A stretch of DNA of 63,290 nucleotides, filler included, from an uncultured bacterium (GTDB lineage: Bacteria > Auribacterota > CAZIXI01), in the NCBI GenBank assembly GCA_964543115.1. It is 3 parts of 3 records of this genome, joined end to end, with 100 filler letters (N's around TTAATTAATTAA, not from the genome) between each part and the next. Parts side by side here need not be neighbours in the genome. Positions count along the whole stretch, not along the records: positions 42,974 to 63,290 come from CAZIXI010000032.1; 2 more parts are not named here. One strand, 5' to 3'. A model generated the notes under the pieces. That model was not told the DNA's origin, made no database searches, and saw only the letters and a list, made by a program, of their open reading frames with translations. The position numbers and the translations under genes are program-made. Position 1 is the first letter of the stretch; every line of letters begins with the position of its first letter. Of this stretch, positions 59,086-63,290 are shown one piece after another.

Positions 59086-59346
59086 CTATTTGTAGGTCAA
59101 GGGGTATTTATCCGGATCTTTTAAAATATTTATTGACAAGTCTACATCCAGGTCTGGCCAAAATAAATGAGTATTATGAAATAATTCAACATTAACTATT
59201 GATGATATTTTTGCGTCTCTAAACCAGGGATACTTATCAAAAGAGAGGAAGTATTCTTTCCTGTTCAATAAAATCCAAAACCCGTGCTCAGAAATATTAG
59301 TTATTTCTAGTTTTGAAATGCTTTTTCCACTCTTTGATAATTTCAT
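59086..59346 (-). CDS. DUF2442 domain protein (putative antitoxin)
   Basis: NISEHGFW...YFLSFDKYPWF...LFWPDLDVDLS. Confidence 0.8.
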   Translation of the reverse strand: MKLSKSGKSISKLEITNISEHGFWILLNRKEYFLSFDKYPWFRDAKISSIVNVELFHNTHLFWPDLDVDLSINILKDPDKYPLTYK

Positions 59347-59545
59347 TTTTATGCCTCGTTACTATTTTCTGCAATGAATTTAGTTGACCTTTAGAAAATC
59401 CTGAATAATTTACTAAAGAAACTGTCGGCTCTACCCAAAACTTTGCTTCCCCATCTGGAGAAACAACATGAATATGGATTCTCGTTTCTTCTTTTGAAAA
59501 AAAATGAAATCTGTATTTACCTTCTTTGAATACAGTTGGACTCAT
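59297..59545 (-). CDS. DUF4160 domain protein (putative toxin)
   Basis: MSPTVFKEGKYRFHFFSKEE.RIHIHV...GEAKFWVEP. Confidence 0.85.
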   Translation of the reverse strand: MSPTVFKEGKYRFHFFSKEETRIHIHVVSPDGEAKFWVEPTVSLVNYSGFSKGQLNSLQKIVTRHKNEIIKEWKKHFKTRNN

Positions 59546-59639
59546 AATTAAATATTACAATAAATAATTTAGCTTTGCAATACAATTGTTTTATACATTG
59601 CTCATGAATGCCTCTTGGCAATAAAGGGATTTATCCACT

Positions 59640-62330
59640 TTATTTGTTTTCTATGTTAGCCAGCCTCTCTTCCAGGCGCGCTATTGTCTCTTGCTGTTTC
59701 TGCACTTTCGCGTCTAATTCTTTTACGGCATTGACCAGGGGGACGACAAACGCGCCGTAAGAAAGCATGTATTTGTCATTCTCGTTTTGAGGTTTTGTCA
59801 GCCCGCCGAACTCAACTCCCAGCCGGTTGCAAACTTCCGCTACTTCCTGAGCAATAAAACCATCTCTAACCTTCTCTTGGTCATTATATCGATAAACAAC
59901 CGGCTGCAGATTCTGGATAAAATTCAGGCCAACATTATAATCACCCAAAATAGTTTTACAACTAATATCAGAATAATCTGACCAGGTAGCGTATCCGCCT
60001 ATTGTGCCGACACTGCTATTGCCAATAACCACTTTATTATTAGCATCAACCGATGCGCCATTACCAAGGGCCATGGCATTAGTTAAAGTGGCGCCTGTAG
60101 CATCTGCATCATAGCCAAGGAAAGTATTATTAGCGCCTGTAGTAATAGTGTTTCCTGCTGCAACCCCAACTGCGGTATTTTCATTTCCAAACGATGAATT
60201 GTTTGCAGAGAGCGCCTCGGTCCCAACAGCAGTATTTCTTTCGCCACCACTAGCTCCGGTAAGAGCACCATAACCAATGGCTGTATTAGCAGCACCTGAA
60301 GAGCTATCGTCGAGCGAGAACGCACCAACGGCAGTATTAAATTGGCTATTATTGTTACTGGCAAGAGCATCTTTCCCTACTGCCGTATTATTACTGTTAA
60401 CATTCACCCCCAAGGCGCCGCTGCCTACAGCGGTGTTATTTGTGCCGGTTTGGTTGGCGGTAAGTGCATTAAAGCCGTAGGCTGTATTATCGTCGGCTGT
60501 GGTGTTTGCATCGAGGGCATAATATCCAAACGCAGCATTATTGGCACCTGTAGTATTGGCAATGAGTGCATCTTTGCCAACTGCAGTATTATAGTTGCCT
60601 GTTGTGTTTGCGCCAAGTGCGCCACTGCCTACCGCGGTATTAGAGGCGCCTGTGGTGTTTGTGGTGAGTGCGTTTTTCCCTACTGCCGTATTCTCGGCGG
60701 CTGTGGTATTTGCATCCAAAGCACCGCTGCCGACCGCGGTATTATTAGCGCCGGTCGTATTCGCATGGAGTGCTTGATAACCATAGGCAGCATTATCAGC
60801 ACCTGTGGTGTTATCTTCGTGCGCTCCACTTCCCATTGCAGTATTTTGGCTGCCTGAGGTATTCGAATAGAGTGCAAGACTACCCACGGCAGTATTATCG
60901 CCGGCAGTGTTTAGACGCAGCGCCCGATAACCGCAAGCGGTACTTGAGTCAGCTGTCGCGTTTGCTTGTAAAGCATCATAACCAATTGCGATATTATAGC
61001 TACCTGTAGTATTTGAATCAAGCGCGTAACAGCCTACTGCCGTATTGAGCCCACCGGTATTACTTACCAGCAGAGCATTGTACCCTATCGCGGTATTAGC
61101 ATTATCAGCTACACTCGCACTAAGCGCATTTTTTCCTACTGCTGTATTTTTATCACCTTCGGTATTCGCGTCTAACGCACCGAAACCTACGGCGGTATTA
61201 TCTAAACCATCGATATTCGCGCCAAGCGCGTCCAAGCCCACTGCCGTATTATTATTACCTTCCGTATTCGCGTCCAACGCGCCCTTACCTACCGCGGTAA
61301 GGTCGGATCCTGTTGTATTTGCTGAGAGCGCGTTATAGCCAACCGCGGTACAACTACTTGCCCCAGCTCCTGCATCCAATGCGGCAGAACCAACTGCAGT
61401 ATTATAGCTGCCTGTAGTGTTTGCGGCGAGTGCGTTATATCCTGCGGCGGTATTATTATCACCGGTTGTATTCGCGTATAACGCTTTGTATCCATTTCCC
61501 GTATTATTTCCGCCGGTTGACATTGAATAGCCGGCTTGGTAGCCATAAAGGGTATTGTACCAGCCGGTAATACCGGTTGTATGTGATAAACTGCCACCGC
61601 CCGCTGCCCCTTTTCCCAGAATTGTGTTAAATGAACTACCGGAAGCAGTGGTATCCAGCCAGCGGTCGGTTATAACGTCACCGCCGCTCATGAACATATC
61701 GCCGTTTACATCCAGTTTCGCAACGGGGGTTTCTGTACCGATACCGATCTCGTTGCCGGAGGCGTCTATGTATAGCGTGCCGCTGTCAAAACTGGTTGTG
61801 CCGGTAGTGGTGGGTACAACATCGGTATCAACCGTTAAGCCATTAGTGCCGTATTTCAGTCCGCCGTCATCCTCTATTTCCACCGCGTAGGCGTAAGGCA
61901 CAGATACTAACGTCCTGCCGGATGTAAGCTGGGTAAAGGTGGAATCATCTTCACTGAACCAGACCCGTAAGTAAGTAGTGGCGTTAACAAAAACACTGGT
62001 GGCAATCGTGGTCATATTAGTCAGGGAAGTGTCTCCCAAGGCGATATTAAATACACCGTTATCTACCGTCGCGGATACGGACGCTGTAGGCTCCGCGCCC
62101 GCTGCCGGACTGCTGCCATCGTTAGTCCAGTAATTAGTGGTCGGACTTGTTGAGCTATCAATTACTGAAAATTTAAAATATCCCGTACCATTATAGGGCA
62201 CACCACCACTCCTAATATAGCCCTGATAATTAATCATATGCGGCACTTCACTGGCGCCATAACTTAATCCGGTCATTACACACAAAAAACTAGCTACAAC
62301 AAAAAAAACAAAATATTTCACCATCTTCAT
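59640..62330 (-). CDS. Secreted tail-fibre-like/trimeric adhesin with about 30 17-aa NTAVG repeats and a C-terminal S74 (ICA) chaperone domain
   Basis: Signal peptide; MINYQG N-terminal domain; NNTAVGxxALxxNTTGx repeats; SDISCK...LQPVVYRY...GFIAQEV...PLVNAVKEL followed by a coiled coil. Confidence 0.85.
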   Translation of the reverse strand: MKMVKYFVFFVVASFLCVMTGLSYGASEVPHMINYQGYIRSGGVPYNGTGYFKFSVIDSSTSPTTNYWTNDGSSPAAGAEPTASVSATVDNGVFNIALGDTSLTNMTTIATSVFVNATTYLRVWFSEDDSTFTQLTSGRTLVSVPYAYAVEIEDDGGLKYGTNGLTVDTDVVPTTTGTTSFDSGTLYIDASGNEIGIGTETPVAKLDVNGDMFMSGGDVITDRWLDTTASGSSFNTILGKGAAGGGSLSHTTGITGWYNTLYGYQAGYSMSTGGNNTGNGYKALYANTTGDNNTAAGYNALAANTTGSYNTAVGSAALDAGAGASSCTAVGYNALSANTTGSDLTAVGKGALDANTEGNNNTAVGLDALGANIDGLDNTAVGFGALDANTEGDKNTAVGKNALSASVADNANTAIGYNALLVSNTGGLNTAVGCYALDSNTTGSYNIAIGYDALQANATADSSTACGYRALRLNTAGDNTAVGSLALYSNTSGSQNTAMGSGAHEDNTTGADNAAYGYQALHANTTGANNTAVGSGALDANTTAAENTAVGKNALTTNTTGASNTAVGSGALGANTTGNYNTAVGKDALIANTTGANNAAFGYYALDANTTADDNTAYGFNALTANQTGTNNTAVGSGALGVNVNSNNTAVGKDALASNNNSQFNTAVGAFSLDDSSSGAANTAIGYGALTGASGGERNTAVGTEALSANNSSFGNENTAVGVAAGNTITTGANNTFLGYDADATGATLTNAMALGNGASVDANNKVVIGNSSVGTIGGYATWSDYSDISCKTILGDYNVGLNFIQNLQPVVYRYNDQEKVRDGFIAQEVAEVCNRLGVEFGGLTKPQNENDKYMLSYGAFVVPLVNAVKELDAKVQKQQETIARLEERLANIENK

Positions 62331-62351
62331 TTCCCCTCCTTTAACTTTTCA

Positions 62352-63290
62352 TCAACTCGCGCCCCGACTGCAATCACCGCCTACCCAGTTAATACCGCCT
62401 GAGTCCCAGTACATGGAGCGCTCAGCAACGATACCTACATCGTTAGTGGCAATAATGCTAATAGAAACGCCGCCTTGGTTTGGCATATAATCATTAACCG
62501 CGTACGTACGGCGGCTGGTGGCGGACACCGCCTGCTCTGTTAAGGTTTCCACATTACCATCCTGGTCCATAAAAGTAATTGTACAGGCAGCATCTTCGTT
62601 ATTCGGATTAAGCAGACACAACCATTCATCAAATCCGTCGGTGGAACCCTCCGCCAGGTACCAGGCAGTGGCGGTGGCGGTAACACCCACGGAACAATGC
62701 CCCCCCACCCAATCTACACCACCGGAGTTCCAGTACATGGCGCGTTCAGCTATTATACCGATGCCGTTAGTACAACTAACGGTTGTAGAGACACCAGTCT
62801 CATCCGGCATATAGTCATTGACCCGATAGGTGCGGCGGCTGGTGGCGGACAACAATTGGTCGGTTAAAATTTCCGTGTTGCCATCAGCATCCATAAAGGT
62901 AATCGTGCAATAAACATCCTGGCTGTTGGGATTCTGCAGGCATAACCATTCATCGAACCCATTGGTACTGCCTTCCGCCAGGTACCAGCTGGTAGCGGTT
63001 GCCGTAGCGCCGACAGAACAGTGACCGCCCACCCAGTCTATGCCGCCGTTATTCCAATACATAGCGCGCTCAGCTGTTATACCGATACTGTTAGTAGAAA
63101 TAACGGTAGTGGACACACCACCTTCATCGGGCATATAGTCATTAACCTTATACGTACGGCGGCTGGTAGCGGATACCAGCTGGTCAGTTAAAGTTTCTGT
63201 ATTTCCCTCTTCGTCCATGAACGTAATCGCGCAATAAGCATCCTCACTGTTCGGGTTCAATAAACATACCCATTCATCGAACCCGTTGGT
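62352..63290 (-). CDS. WYLAEG (DUF5719-like) repeat protein, C-terminal part (5' end beyond the window)
   Basis: Open to the window edge; at least three repeats (..GFDEWxCLxNP...AERxMYW...WVGG). Confidence 0.85.
   Translation of the reverse strand, partial: TNGFDEWVCLLNPNSEDAYCAITFMDEEGNTETLTDQLVSATSRRTYKVNDYMPDEGGVSTTVISTNSIGITAERAMYWNNGGIDWVGGHCSVGATATATSWYLAEGSTNGFDEWLCLQNPNSQDVYCTITFMDADGNTEILTDQLLSATSRRTYRVNDYMPDETGVSTTVSCTNGIGIIAERAMYWNSGGVDWVGGHCSVGVTATATAWYLAEGSTDGFDEWLCLLNPNNEDAACTITFMDQDGNVETLTEQAVSATSRRTYAVNDYMPNQGGVSISIIATNDVGIVAERSMYWDSGGINWVGGDCSRGAS

Noticed and set aside
59640..62330. Prophage
   Set aside because: No terminase, portal, capsid or integrase is nearby, and the fibre has a Sec signal peptide.

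Overview
This window is not one contiguous locus. It holds three unrelated contig pieces (1-21426, 21527-42873, 42974-63290) joined by artificial 100-bp linkers (N44-TTAATTAATTAA-N44), plus three N10 scaffold gaps. The organism is a diderm (LPS core, lipid A acyltransferase, RND genes) and probably anaerobic (NfnAB, AckA, B12-radical SAM). Giant signal-peptide proteins are reminiscent of Omnitrophota/PVC, but that is an inference I cannot verify. Piece 1 has two giant, apparently exported proteins in tandem. One is at least about 2,900 aa: 1,321 codons of it, open to the window edge, are missing from the ORF track, and it has two HExxH motifs and a methyltransferase-like domain. The other (1,495 aa) carries a complete FliA/WhiG-type sigma factor directly behind a signal-peptide-like N-terminus. 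Each gene has its own sigma-54 (-24/-12) promoter, and the two share an identical 20-bp upstream motif at nearly the same spacing. This is the strongest candidate for an undescribed system. Piece 1 also has an orphan alanine-symporter 3' remnant, a B12-radical SAM / SPL-like radical SAM / nucleoside phosphorylase operon, an AsmA-like gene, a nitroreductase, a macrodomain gene and an RND permease. Piece 2 is an LPS core/O-antigen cluster with unusual glycosyltransferase-kinase fusions, followed by apgM, ackA, tatA, nfnAB, an isocitrate/isopropylmalate dehydrogenase and the mnmG 3' end. Piece 3 has a frameshifted MFS transporter, three secreted proteins sharing a 'WYLAEG' repeat module (M28 peptidase, S8 protease, one partial), a TPR protein, an acyl-CoA ligase-ACP-acyltransferase fusion, a DUF4160/DUF2442 pair and a secreted fibre with an S74-type chaperone. 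A covarying hairpin repeat family occurs at five loci in pieces 2 and 3, once in-frame inside a gene. No rRNA, tRNA or CRISPR array was found.
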